Below, in pieces: positions 47,013 to 58,398 of a DNA stretch of 64,000 nucleotides. Source of the DNA: Actinomycetes bacterium (GTDB lineage Bacteria > Actinomycetota > UBA4738 > HRBIN12); the NCBI GenBank assembly GCA_021155985.1, contig JAJNBA010000001.1, positions 10,700 to 74,699 of the forward strand, written 5' to 3'. The translations under genes were made by a program, and so were the position numbers. Position 1 is the first letter of the stretch. The number at the start of each line of letters is the position of its first letter. Below the pieces are notes generated by a model. The model was not told the DNA's origin and ran no database searches. It saw nothing but the letters and a program-made list of their open reading frames with translations.

Positions 47013-47630
47013 ATGTTGAGGGACGCTTCAGGCGTTCGGGAAGGGGTCGATACCTACACCATGAAGCTCGTCGCGATCGGTCTCGTGCTGGGCATCGCCG
47101 TCGGCTACCTTCACGGCGGGCGACTGTTGCAACTGTCCGAGCTCAAGCCCCGCTACGCGCCCCTCGCCCTGGCCGGTCTGTTGCTCCAGCTGGTGAACCC
47201 TCCCGGCTCGTGGCCCCTCGTGCTGCTGATCCTTTCATTCGTCCTGCTGACGGCGTTCACGCTCGCGAACATCCGGATCGTCGGATTCGCGGCGATCCTG
47301 GTCGGCGTCGTTCTCAACTTCACCGTGATCGCGATCAACGGCGGGATGCCGGTCGCCCGTGAGGCCATCATCGCCTCCGGCCAGGAGGGGACCCTCGCTC
47401 CGCTGCTCGAGCAACATGGGGTGAAACATCACCTCGCCGGGTCCGAGGACCGGATGCTGTTCCTCGGCGACGTGATCGCGGTCCCGGCACCGGTGAGCCA
47501 GGTGATCAGCGTCGGTGACCTGTTCACCTACGGAGGCATGGCGGTCGTGATCGCCGGATCGATGCGACGGCGCTCTTCGTCTTCTCTCCTGCCAACTCTC
47601 GCGGAGGCTCCCCGTGTCAAGGTCTCGTGA
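47013..47630 (+). CDS. DUF5317-like polytopic membrane protein
   Basis: About 5 hydrophobic segments. The N-terminal MKLVAIGLVLGIAVGYLHGGRL pattern resembles DUF5317, by my recollection of that family. ATG 47013 has the well-spaced GGGAG SD, and ATG 47061 is an alternative. Confidence 0.6.
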   Translation: MLRDASGVREGVDTYTMKLVAIGLVLGIAVGYLHGGRLLQLSELKPRYAPLALAGLLLQLVNPPGSWPLVLLILSFVLLTAFTLANIRIVGFAAILVGVVLNFTVIAINGGMPVAREAIIASGQEGTLAPLLEQHGVKHHLAGSEDRMLFLGDVIAVPAPVSQVISVGDLFTYGGMAVVIAGSMRRRSSSSLLPTLAEAPRVKVS

Positions 47631-49755
47631 TCGTCGCCGGAGCGACGGCGCGAAGGGCGACCTGCGAGAGGGGCGACGCTCGCTCCTGCGAGCGTACGAA
47701 CTCTTAGTCACGGTGCCGCTCCTGGCGTTCCTCGCGTTCGAGATCATGCACGACCCGTCCGCGTTCACGAGCTGGCGAACCCTGCTGCCGATCCTCGTGT
47801 GGATCGCGGCGATCATCGTCGTCGACCTCATGCCTGTGCCGATGGCGATGTCGTTCGACTTCAGCTTGAGCTTCCCGCTTGAGCTGTCCGTCGCCCTGCT
47901 CTACCCGCCGCCCATCGCCGCGTTGATCGTCCTGCTCGGCTCGGCCGACGTTCGGGAGTTCCGGCGACAGGTCCCGCCGCTGACCGCGGTGTTCGTGCGA
48001 GCGCAGATCGCACTCGCGGTGCTCGCGGAGAGTCAGGTCTTCCGCGGTCTCGCTGACCTCCACGCCAGCTGGCTCATCGTGGGCGCGACCGTCCTGCTCG
48101 CGGCTGTCGTCGGGTACGCCGTCAACACCCTCCTGGTCGCGGAATGGCAGTCGATCAAGAGCCGCACCCCGCTGGACACGATCCTGCGGCAGATGCACAG
48201 CGGCGTGCTCGGCGAGTTCGTGGTCTCCTACATGGGACTGGCGTTGTTTAGCGTCCTCGTCGCGATCACCACCGAAACGATCGGCCCCTGGGCGATCGCG
48301 GTATTCATCGCTCCGCTGGCGTTCGCATGGCAGATGCTCCACCGCACCCATTCCCTCAAGATCACGTCCGAGGAGCTCGCCGAGAAGCAGCGTGAGAACG
48401 AGTACCAGGCGTTCCACGATCATCTGACCGGGCTCCCGAACCGGCTCCTGTTCCGCCTGCAGCTCGGAGACGCGATCGAAGAAGCGGCCGCGAACGGAGG
48501 CCGCCTCGCCGTGATGCTGATGGACCTCGATCATTTCAAGGAGGTGAACGACGCCCTCGGGCACCACGTGGGGGATCGCCTCCTCGCCGCGGTCGGCCCT
48601 CGCCTCGCCGACACGCTTCGTGAAGAGGATCTGATGGCGCGCCTCGGCGGCGACGAGTTCGGCGTCCTCGTGCGCGACGTCGCGGATGACGCGACCGCGA
48701 TCGGGATCGCCGAACGGTTGATCGATGGGCTGCATCACCCCGTGACGGTGGACGAGCTGGACCTCGACGTTTCGGGCAGCATCGGCATCTCGTTCTATCC
48801 GGATCACGCGCTCGATGCCGATACATTGCTCCGCCACGCCGACGTCGCGATGTACACGTCGAAGGAGACCGGGACGCCGTTCGAGGTGTACGAGGAGTCG
48901 ATCGACACGCACAAGCCGGAGCTAGTCAAGCTCGTGAGTCAGGTGCGGCCCGCGATCGACGACGAGCAGTTCCGGATGTACTTCCAGCCGAAGATCCGGC
49001 TCTCCGACGGCCGGGTCGCGGGCGCGGAGGCGTTGATCCGCTGGCACCATCCGACCCTCGGACGTCTCTCGCCGGGCAACTTCATCCCCATGGTGGAGAA
49101 GACGGTGCTGCTCCAGCCGCTCACGCATTGGGCGCTGAACGATGTTCTGCGCGTCTGGCGCCGATGGTCCGACGAGGGGATCAAGATCCCGGTGGCCGTC
49201 AACGTCTCCCCGAGGACCCTGCTCGATCAGGACCTCCCTCAGGTCGTCGGGGACCTCCTGGCCCGATGGTGTGTGCCCCCCAAGTACCTCCGTCTCGAAC
49301 TGACCGAGAACTTCCTGGTGGCCGACTCCGGTCGCTCCGACACGGTCCTGAACGGCCTCTCTCAGGTGGGCGTGGGCCTCTCGATCGATGACTTCGGGAC
49401 GGGCTTCTCCTCGCTCTCCTACCTGAAGCGGCTGCCGATCGAGGAGATCAAGATCGACCGCTCCTTCGTGTCCAACATGATGGAGCGCGTCGAGGACTTC
49501 ACGATCGTCCGGGCAACGGTGGAGCTCGGGAGGAACCTCGGGTTGCGGGTGGTCGCTGAAGGCGTCCAGGATCGCGACACGTTCGATCGGCTCGGTGACT
49601 TCGGGTGCGACGAAGCACAGGGCTTCTACATCGCCCGCCCGTTGGAGCCGGAAGACTTCTGGCGCTGGCTGTCGCATCGGGAGATGTCCGGCGAGGCCCT
49701 CGATCCGTCGCTCGAGGACGCGCCGGCCGTCCGCGGAACGCTCCGCGCCGTCTAG
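47614..49755 (+). CDS. membrane-bound bifunctional diguanylate cyclase / c-di-GMP phosphodiesterase (GGDEF-EAL) with uncharacterised N-terminal ~250-aa multi-TM domain
   Basis: GGDEF domain with intact RLGGDEFGVL. EAL domain with EALIRW, ELTE, DDFGTGFSSLSYL. GGAGG SD 6 nt before GTG 47614. 17-nt overlap with the upstream gene. Confidence 0.9.
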   Translation: MSRSRDRRRSDGAKGDLREGRRSLLRAYELLVTVPLLAFLAFEIMHDPSAFTSWRTLLPILVWIAAIIVVDLMPVPMAMSFDFSLSFPLELSVALLYPPPIAALIVLLGSADVREFRRQVPPLTAVFVRAQIALAVLAESQVFRGLADLHASWLIVGATVLLAAVVGYAVNTLLVAEWQSIKSRTPLDTILRQMHSGVLGEFVVSYMGLALFSVLVAITTETIGPWAIAVFIAPLAFAWQMLHRTHSLKITSEELAEKQRENEYQAFHDHLTGLPNRLLFRLQLGDAIEEAAANGGRLAVMLMDLDHFKEVNDALGHHVGDRLLAAVGPRLADTLREEDLMARLGGDEFGVLVRDVADDATAIGIAERLIDGLHHPVTVDELDLDVSGSIGISFYPDHALDADTLLRHADVAMYTSKETGTPFEVYEESIDTHKPELVKLVSQVRPAIDDEQFRMYFQPKIRLSDGRVAGAEALIRWHHPTLGRLSPGNFIPMVEKTVLLQPLTHWALNDVLRVWRRWSDEGIKIPVAVNVSPRTLLDQDLPQVVGDLLARWCVPPKYLRLELTENFLVADSGRSDTVLNGLSQVGVGLSIDDFGTGFSSLSYLKRLPIEEIKIDRSFVSNMMERVEDFTIVRATVELGRNLGLRVVAEGVQDRDTFDRLGDFGCDEAQGFYIARPLEPEDFWRWLSHREMSGEALDPSLEDAPAVRGTLRAV

Positions 49756-49769
49756 AATCCTTCTCGATG

Positions 49770-49815
49770 CCCCGTCGCGACGCGACCGGGGCTGTTCGCG
49801 TTGTGTTCGCGTTTT
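49770..49815 (+). terminator. factor-independent terminator candidate (bulged 10-bp GC stem plus T-rich tail containing a direct repeat)
   Basis: CCCCGTCGCG-A-CGCGACCGGGG, followed by TGTTCGCGTT-G-TGTTCGCGTT-TT. It begins 15 nt after the GGDEF-EAL stop. Confidence 0.55.
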
Positions 49816-49827
49816 CGGGGAGGTGGG

Positions 49828-52800
49828 ATGTCGCTCCGGGATGTGCTCGATGTGCTCGTGGGCGCCGCACCGGTCGAGCGCGTCCTGCTGGAGCGAAAAC
49901 GACCGATCCTCGCGAAGGTCGACGCCGGCCAGGACGCGCTCCTGGCGGCGCTGGCGGTCGCGCTGGACGGCCCGCTGATGGTCGTCACCCCCGGCCCTCG
50001 CGAGGCAGAGGACCTGGCCCCCGAGGTCGGCGCCTACCTCGGTCCGGACCGCGTGGCGCTCTTGCCGACGTGGGATGCGTTGCCGTACGAGGGGATGGAT
50101 CCGGCGCCGGAGGTGGCGGCCCGGAGGGCCGACGCGATCGGCCGCCTCCGCGGAGCGTCGGGACCGTTCGTCGTCGTCGCTCCGTACCTGGCCGCGATGC
50201 AGGCGATCCCACCGACCCTCGGCACCGCTCCGACGGTGCAGCTCGCGGCCGGCGTCGAGCTCGCACCCGACACGCTCGCGGAGCGACTCGCGGAGCTCGG
50301 CTACACCCGCGTGGACGTGGTGGAGCACCGTGGCGAGTTCGCCGTACGGGGCGGGGTCGTCGACGTGTTCCCGGGCATCGCTCGGCGCCCGGCGCGGCTC
50401 GAGTACTGGGGCGACGAGATCGAGCGGCTCCGCGAGTTCTCTCCGTCGACGCAGCTGTCGACGAAGCAGCTCGGCGCGATCGAGGTCGCACCGGTCCGTG
50501 AGCTCCTGCCCGACGACGACCTCCGCGCGGTCGCCGAGGGCCGCGCGTCGCGCCTGCCCGACCGGTTCCGCGACGGCGTGCGACGGCTCGCCGACGGGCT
50601 CCGCTTGGAGGGAGCCGACGCGCTCGCACCGTTCCTGTTCGATCGGATGCCGGTGCCCGCCGAGCTGCTCCCCGCCGGGAGCTGGGTGGCCGTGACCCAC
50701 GTCCAGCGGACGCTCCAGCGCGCCGCCCAGACCTACGCGGAGGCGGAGGCTCTCGCGGAGGCCATCGGCTGGCCGGGACCCAGGGTGATCTCGCCCATCG
50801 AGGACGCGATCGCCGGCCACGTCCAGCTCCGCCTGACGGAGTTCACCGAAGGGCTCGACCTCGGCATGTCGGGATGGGGAACGGCCGAGGGCAATCCGGC
50901 CGAGCTCGCACGCCGACTCGAGCGAGCGTCCGCCGACGGGACCAGGATCCTGCTCGTCGGTCGCGGCCACGGCTCGCTCGAACGCGCCGCCGAGGTCGTC
51001 GGCGACCTGCCGATGGAGCTGATCGAGGCACCGCTCACGGCAGGCTTCCTGTTCGCGGCCGGCCGTCTCGCGGTGGTCACGGAAGAGGATCTCTTCGGCT
51101 CGCGGCGGCACACGCGAACCGCGCCTCGCTTCGCGAGCCGCGCGACCGTGTCCGTCGCCGACGAGCTCGAGCCCGGAGACTTCGCGGTGCACCGGATCCA
51201 CGGGGTGGGGCGGTACGGGGGTGTGGTCCACCGCGAGCTGGCGGGCGCGGAACGTGACTACCTCGTCCTCGAGTACGCGGGCACGGACAAGCTGTACGTC
51301 CCGACCGAGCAGGTCGGTATGGTGGCGAAGTACCTCGGCGGGGACGCCCCTCGCCTCCATCGGCTCGGCGGATCGGATTGGGCCCGGGCGACCGCGCGAG
51401 TGAAGCGCGCCGTCAAGGACATGGCCGGCGAGCTGGTCAGGCTCTACACCGCGCGGATGGCGATCCCCGGTCACGCCTTCGGCCCGGACACGCCGTGGCA
51501 GCGCGAACTCGAGGACGCGTTCCCGCACGAGGAGACCGCGGACCAGGTCACCGCGATCGACGACGTCAAGGGCGACATGGAGAAGCCGGTGCCGATGGAC
51601 CGGCTGATCTGCGGTGACGTCGGATTCGGCAAGACGGAGATCGCCGTCCGCGCGGCCTGCAAGGCCGTGATGGAGGGCAAGCAGGTTGCCGTCCTGGTCC
51701 CGACCACCCTGCTCGCGGAGCAACACTTCGTCACGTTCGCCGAGCGACTCGCCCCGTTCCCCGTGAAGGTCGCGATGCTGTCCCGCTTCCTGTCGCCCGC
51801 GCAGCAGAAGGAGGTGGTCACCGACGTCGCCGCCGGCCGCACCGACGTGGTGATCGGTACCCACCGGCTCCTCGGAGCGGATGTGTCGTTCCGCGACCTC
51901 GGGTTGCTCGTGGTCGACGAGGAGCAGCGCTTCGGCGTGGCGCACAAGGAACGTCTGAAGCGCTTCCGCGCGCACGTCGACGTCTTGACCATGACCGCCA
52001 CCCCGATCCCGCGAACGCTCGAGATGGCCCTGACGGGGATCCGGCAGATGTCGACGGTGGACACGCCGCCCGAGGACCGACAGCCGGTGCTCACGTACGT
52101 CGGCGGCTACGACGAGGGACTCGCGCTCGGCGCCGTGCGTCGCGAGCTCCTGCGGGAGGGTCAGGTGTTCTGGGTTCACAACCGGGTCGCGACGATCGAT
52201 CGACAGGCGTCGTGGCTGCAGCGCGAGCTCCCCGATGCCCGCATCGTCATCGCGCACGGGCAGATGGACGAGGATCAGCTCGAAGCCCAGATGATGCGGT
52301 TCTGGGACCGCGACGCGGATGTGCTCGTCTGCACGACGATCATCGAGTCGGGCCTCGACGTGCCGAACGCGAACACGTTGGTCGTCGATCGCGCGGACAT
52401 GCTCGGCCTCGCGCAGCTCTATCAGCTCCGGGGACGCGTCGGGAGGAGCCACGAGCGGGCGTTCGCGTACCTCTTCTTTCCGCCTGCCCATCAACTCACC
52501 GAGGAGGCGCACGAGCGGCTCGCGACGATCTCCACCCACCAGGCCCTCGGGTCCGGGTTCCGGATCGCCCTCCGTGACCTCGAGATCCGTGGCGCCGGGA
52601 ACCTCCTCGGGGCGGAACAGCACGGGCACATCGCGGCCGTTGGCTTCGACGCCTACTGCCGGATCCTCCAGCAGTCCGTCGCCGAGCTCCAAGGGCAACC
52701 GATCCCCGAGGAGAAGGAACTCCGGATCGACCTGCCGGTGCGGGCGTTCGTTCCTCCGGGATGGGTCGGACAGGAATCCCTCCGGCTGGAGCTGTACCGC

Positions 52801-53175
52801 CGGATCTCGCTGGCCGCGGACCAGGACGCGCTCGCGCGGATCCGGGACGAGACGATCGATCGATACGGGGCGCTCCCGGTCGAGGTCGAAACACTCTTCG
52901 CGATCGCGTCGCTGCGGATCACCTGCGCGGCGATCGGGATCGAGGAGATCTCCACCTATCGCGAGCAGGTGCGCCTCCGACCGGTGGATCTCGATGAGGC
53001 CATGCGGCTCGATGTCGCCGATCGGGTGCCGGGGTCGACGTTCCACGAGGCGAAACGAACGCTGAACCTGACCCCGGAGAGGATCGCCGGCGCCGATCTC
53101 CCCGCGTGGGTGGAGGCGAGGCTGCGGGAGGCGGTCGGGGAGACGGTCGCCGTCGCAGGAGAGGCACGCCGGTAG
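49828..53175 (+). CDS. mfd: transcription-repair coupling factor Mfd
   Basis: CarD-like block (GDFAVHRIHGVGRY), DEAD/H helicase motifs (GDVGFGKTE, VVDEEQRFG, TATPIPRT) and a TRG-type C-terminus. ATG 49828 has a GGGGAGGTGGG SD. Confidence 0.95.
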   Translation: MSLRDVLDVLVGAAPVERVLLERKRPILAKVDAGQDALLAALAVALDGPLMVVTPGPREAEDLAPEVGAYLGPDRVALLPTWDALPYEGMDPAPEVAARRADAIGRLRGASGPFVVVAPYLAAMQAIPPTLGTAPTVQLAAGVELAPDTLAERLAELGYTRVDVVEHRGEFAVRGGVVDVFPGIARRPARLEYWGDEIERLREFSPSTQLSTKQLGAIEVAPVRELLPDDDLRAVAEGRASRLPDRFRDGVRRLADGLRLEGADALAPFLFDRMPVPAELLPAGSWVAVTHVQRTLQRAAQTYAEAEALAEAIGWPGPRVISPIEDAIAGHVQLRLTEFTEGLDLGMSGWGTAEGNPAELARRLERASADGTRILLVGRGHGSLERAAEVVGDLPMELIEAPLTAGFLFAAGRLAVVTEEDLFGSRRHTRTAPRFASRATVSVADELEPGDFAVHRIHGVGRYGGVVHRELAGAERDYLVLEYAGTDKLYVPTEQVGMVAKYLGGDAPRLHRLGGSDWARATARVKRAVKDMAGELVRLYTARMAIPGHAFGPDTPWQRELEDAFPHEETADQVTAIDDVKGDMEKPVPMDRLICGDVGFGKTEIAVRAACKAVMEGKQVAVLVPTTLLAEQHFVTFAERLAPFPVKVAMLSRFLSPAQQKEVVTDVAAGRTDVVIGTHRLLGADVSFRDLGLLVVDEEQRFGVAHKERLKRFRAHVDVLTMTATPIPRTLEMALTGIRQMSTVDTPPEDRQPVLTYVGGYDEGLALGAVRRELLREGQVFWVHNRVATIDRQASWLQRELPDARIVIAHGQMDEDQLEAQMMRFWDRDADVLVCTTIIESGLDVPNANTLVVDRADMLGLAQLYQLRGRVGRSHERAFAYLFFPPAHQLTEEAHERLATISTHQALGSGFRIALRDLEIRGAGNLLGAEQHGHIAAVGFDAYCRILQQSVAELQGQPIPEEKELRIDLPVRAFVPPGWVGQESLRLELYRRISLAADQDALARIRDETIDRYGALPVEVETLFAIASLRITCAAIGIEEISTYREQVRLRPVDLDEAMRLDVADRVPGSTFHEAKRTLNLTPERIAGADLPAWVEARLREAVGETVAVAGEARR

Positions 53176-53188
53176 ACTGCCGGTCCCG

Positions 53189-54214
53189 ATGGCCCTCTCC
53201 CGCGGCTCCCGCGCTGCCCGCATGCTGCTCGTCGCGCTCGTCTCGTTCGCCGTGGCCGCGTGTGGGGCGGGCAAGCCCGAGGTGGCCAGGGTCGGAGACC
53301 GTGACATCGCCGAGGCGGACCTCCGTCACGCGGCCGCGTTGCAGCACGTGCTCGCGGACCTCCAAGGGACGCCGTGCGGGGGCCAGCCGCTCGCCGGTGA
53401 GACCGCGGATGCCGCGTGCGACCGCGCGGCGCTCTCGGGTGAGCTGATCTGGCTCGCCGTCTCCCCCTACGCGGAGGCGCACGACATCACCGCCGGCCAG
53501 AGCGCCGAGGATGCGGTCGTGCAGCTCGAGACCCAGGTGGGCGGCGCCGAGGAGCTGCGGCGGTCGCTGAGCGCTCGGGGCCTGACGCGGGACGATCTGC
53601 TCGAGCTGGGTCGTAAGATCCTCATGATCCGGGCCGTGCGAACGGCGATCGCCGAGGAACGGATCGGCGGCGACGAACTGCGATCCCAGTACGAGGACCG
53701 CCTCGTGGAGTTCACCACCGTCGAGGCCAACCACATCCTGCTCGCGACGCGGGCCGAGGCCGAGGACGTCTACCGACGGGTACGCGATGCGACGCGCGCG
53801 CAGTTCGCGGCCATCGCGCGGGAGGAGTCCACGGAGCCCGGAGCGGACGAGAGCGGGGGAGACCTGGGCAGCTCGCCCGCGACGCAGTTCGTGCCGGAGT
53901 TCGCGAACGCGGTGGCCGCGCTCGAGCCGGGGGAGGTCTCGCGGCCCGTCCGGTCGCAGTTCGGCTGGCACGTGATCTACCTCGCGGACAAGCAGGTCAC
54001 GCCGTTCGAGGAGGTGAAGGACGGACTGCTCGAGCCGCTCGCCGATCAGGAGTTCCGGGGATGGCTCGAGGAGCGCGCCTCCGAGCTCGGGGTCGAGGTG
54101 AACCCTCGCTACGGACGGTTCTCCGCACAGACCTTCTCGGTGCAACCGGCTCGGAGTACGGATCCGAGCGATGCGACCGTGCCGGAACGTGACGCCGGCT
54201 CCCCGTCGCCGTGA
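53189..54214 (+). CDS. parvulin-type peptidyl-prolyl isomerase lipoprotein (PrsA/SurA-like)
   Basis: Lipobox FAVAAC. PpiC domain (ANHILLATRAEAE, GGDLG, FGWHVIYL). Confidence 0.82.
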   Translation: MALSRGSRAARMLLVALVSFAVAACGAGKPEVARVGDRDIAEADLRHAAALQHVLADLQGTPCGGQPLAGETADAACDRAALSGELIWLAVSPYAEAHDITAGQSAEDAVVQLETQVGGAEELRRSLSARGLTRDDLLELGRKILMIRAVRTAIAEERIGGDELRSQYEDRLVEFTTVEANHILLATRAEAEDVYRRVRDATRAQFAAIAREESTEPGADESGGDLGSSPATQFVPEFANAVAALEPGEVSRPVRSQFGWHVIYLADKQVTPFEEVKDGLLEPLADQEFRGWLEERASELGVEVNPRYGRFSAQTFSVQPARSTDPSDATVPERDAGSPSP

Positions 54215-55026
54215 CGGCTCAGCACGCCGATCCGGTCCGGCACGTGCCCGACGGTCCGGTGCCGTCGTCGGAAGAGGGCCGGCGGCTCCTCGATCTCGTC
54301 AAGGTGATGGCCCGACTGCGTGGGCCCGGCGGGTGCCCGTGGGACCGTGAGCAGAGCCATGAGACTTTGGCTCGTCACCTCCTGGAGGAGTCGCACGAGC
54401 TCCTCGAGGCGATCGACCGTGGTGACTCCGACGCGATCCGCGACGAGCTCGGCGATCTGCTCCTGCAGGTCGTCTTCCACGCGCAGATGGCTTCCGAGGA
54501 AGGACGATGGGACGTCGACGACGTCGCCCGCGGGCTCGTCGAGAAGCTCGTCCATCGGCATCCGCACGTGTTCGGGGACGTGGAGGTCTCGGGAACCGAC
54601 GAGGTCCTCACGAACTGGGAGAAGCTCAAGGCGGAAGAGGGGTCGGGGCCTCGTTCCGCCGTTGACGAGGACATCCCGGTCACGCTCCCGGCGCTCGCTC
54701 GCGCGGCGAAGGTGCAACGGCGAGCCGCCGGCTGGGGGGTCCAGTGGCCGAGCGCCGAAGCGGCCATCGCTTCGCTCCGCGAGGAGACCGAGCATCTCGC
54801 CGACGCATCGGATGACGAGCGTGCGATCGGCGCCGTCCTGTTCGCCGCCGTCGCGGCGGCCAGGAACCTCGGAGTGGACGCCGAGTCGGCCCTCCGTCGG
54901 ACGACACGGGGGTTCGCGGAGCGATACGAGGTCTACCTCGCCGACGCCCGTGAGCGCGGGGTTGATACGGCGTCGATCAGGGAGGGGGAGCTCCGCGACC
55001 TCTTCGTCGGCGAACGTTCGCCGTAA
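54211..55026 (+). CDS. mazG: nucleoside triphosphate pyrophosphohydrolase MazG
   Basis: Blocks CPWDREQSHETL, EESHELLEAI, ELGDLLLQVVFHA, RHPHVF. GTGA overlap with the upstream stop. Confidence 0.9.
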   Translation: MTAQHADPVRHVPDGPVPSSEEGRRLLDLVKVMARLRGPGGCPWDREQSHETLARHLLEESHELLEAIDRGDSDAIRDELGDLLLQVVFHAQMASEEGRWDVDDVARGLVEKLVHRHPHVFGDVEVSGTDEVLTNWEKLKAEEGSGPRSAVDEDIPVTLPALARAAKVQRRAAGWGVQWPSAEAAIASLREETEHLADASDDERAIGAVLFAAVAAARNLGVDAESALRRTTRGFAERYEVYLADARERGVDTASIREGELRDLFVGERSP

Positions 55027-55036
55027 CGAGCGTCAC

Positions 55037-57089
<2,053 letters not shown>

Positions 57090-57092
57090 GCC

Positions 57093-57479
57093 GTGCCTCC
57101 GGCGGCCCCTTCCCCTGCCGTCGCGACCGGCCGGTCCCTCCGTGGCCGGGACGCGACTCGGCCACGATCGCGGCGCCGTCGGGGGCGCCTGACGGCGCGC
57201 GCGACCATCCTGAGCACGCTCGTGATCGGCGTGCTCGTGCTCTCGATCGCGCCCGCCCGGCTCTACTTCGAGCAGACCGCCGAGGTGGCTCGGCTGGAGC
57301 GCCAGGCGGCCGCGCTCGAGCGCACGAACCAGGCGCTCAGCGCCCGCGCCGACGAGCTCCGCGATGACGCGTTCCTCGAGCGGCTCGCGCGACAGTGCCT
57401 CGGGATGGTCAAGCCGGGAGAGGTCGCGTTCGTCGTCGTTCCGAAGGAAGGCGCACCGGCTCCGCCACCCGAATGCTAA
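57093..57479 (+). CDS. septum formation initiator family protein (FtsB/DivIC-like)
   Basis: Arg-rich N-terminus, one TM, coiled coil (LERQAAALERTNQALSARADELRDD) and a conserved GMVKPGE block. Lies 3 nt after eno, as in mycobacteria. Confidence 0.8.
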   Translation: MPPAAPSPAVATGRSLRGRDATRPRSRRRRGRLTARATILSTLVIGVLVLSIAPARLYFEQTAEVARLERQAAALERTNQALSARADELRDDAFLERLARQCLGMVKPGEVAFVVVPKEGAPAPPPEC

Positions 57480-57482
57480 GGC

Positions 57483-58349
57483 CTACGCCGCACCCCGGGC
57501 GTCGAATCTGACCTCTCGTGCCTCCGCGACCATCCGATAGCCGATGCGGCGGTAGAGCGCGTTCGACGTCGGGTTGTCGAGGTCCGTGTAGAGGAAGCAG
57601 AGCGAGCGGCCCACGCCGAGCAACCAGTGGCTCTGCTGCGTGACCAGGCTGGTCGCGTATCCCCGACCCCGGTGCTCGGGTGGTGTGTAGACCGGTCCGA
57701 TCCGGATGCCGTTCGGTGTCGATCCGCCGTAGCCGGAGAGCGAGACCGGACCTCCCCCGTCCTCCCAGAGCCAGAGCCCCCCGTCGCCGGTCGCGTGGAG
57801 TTTCGCATCGACGAGCCGGACGTGGCGTTCGCGATCCGTCTCCTCGGGGAGCACCTCGTCGGCGAAGGCGTGGGCCCAGGCCATGACCTGCTCGCGGTCC
57901 TCCGGCGTCACCGGACGCGCGCCGCCGGAGGCTGAGGGAACCTCCATCACCTCGCGAAGCTCGTAGATCCCGTGACGGAAGACGATCGCCGCATCCACGT
58001 CGTGCTCGGCGGTCCACGCGCCGACGAACGCCTCGACCTCGGGGATCGCGGCCACGACCCCGGGCAGGTCTTGCCCTTCGGCGATCATCCGGTCGAGGAG
58101 CGCATCGAGAGCGGGATCGCTCGAGGGCTGGGCGAGGACGAGGTTGAACGGCGGTGTCCTCAAGGCCGCACCGGTCACCTCATCCCCATCGGAGGCTACC
58201 CAGAGGTCGAACACCGGGTGGAGGTCGGGTTTCTGCATGAGGGTCGAGGAGATCCCGAGGATGAGGTTGTGCCGAGCCTCGTCGCGCACCAGATACGGCG
58301 TGGCGACCTCACGGAAGGCGGCGACCTCGTCGAAGCGGCGGACCTGCAT
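57483..58349 (-). CDS. GNAT family N-acetyltransferase (two-domain, ~288 aa)
   Basis: C-terminal GNAT core (PPEHRGRGYATSLV, NPTSNALYRRIGY). ATG 58349 follows TACCGT N6. Confidence 0.75.
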   Translation of the reverse strand: MQVRRFDEVAAFREVATPYLVRDEARHNLILGISSTLMQKPDLHPVFDLWVASDGDEVTGAALRTPPFNLVLAQPSSDPALDALLDRMIAEGQDLPGVVAAIPEVEAFVGAWTAEHDVDAAIVFRHGIYELREVMEVPSASGGARPVTPEDREQVMAWAHAFADEVLPEETDRERHVRLVDAKLHATGDGGLWLWEDGGGPVSLSGYGGSTPNGIRIGPVYTPPEHRGRGYATSLVTQQSHWLLGVGRSLCFLYTDLDNPTSNALYRRIGYRMVAEAREVRFDARGAA

Positions 58350-58398
58350 CGCCAGACGGTAACGCAGCGAGCCACCCGCGGGCGGTGGAGCGCACCCC

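Noticed and set aside
48922-53307. 1461-aa ORF on the minus strand, the longest in the window
   Set aside because: It is antisense to the unmistakable mfd gene and to the 3' end of the GGDEF-EAL gene. Its translation is Arg/Pro/Gly/Glu-rich with no motifs. Long stop-free shadow frames are expected in ~70% GC DNA.
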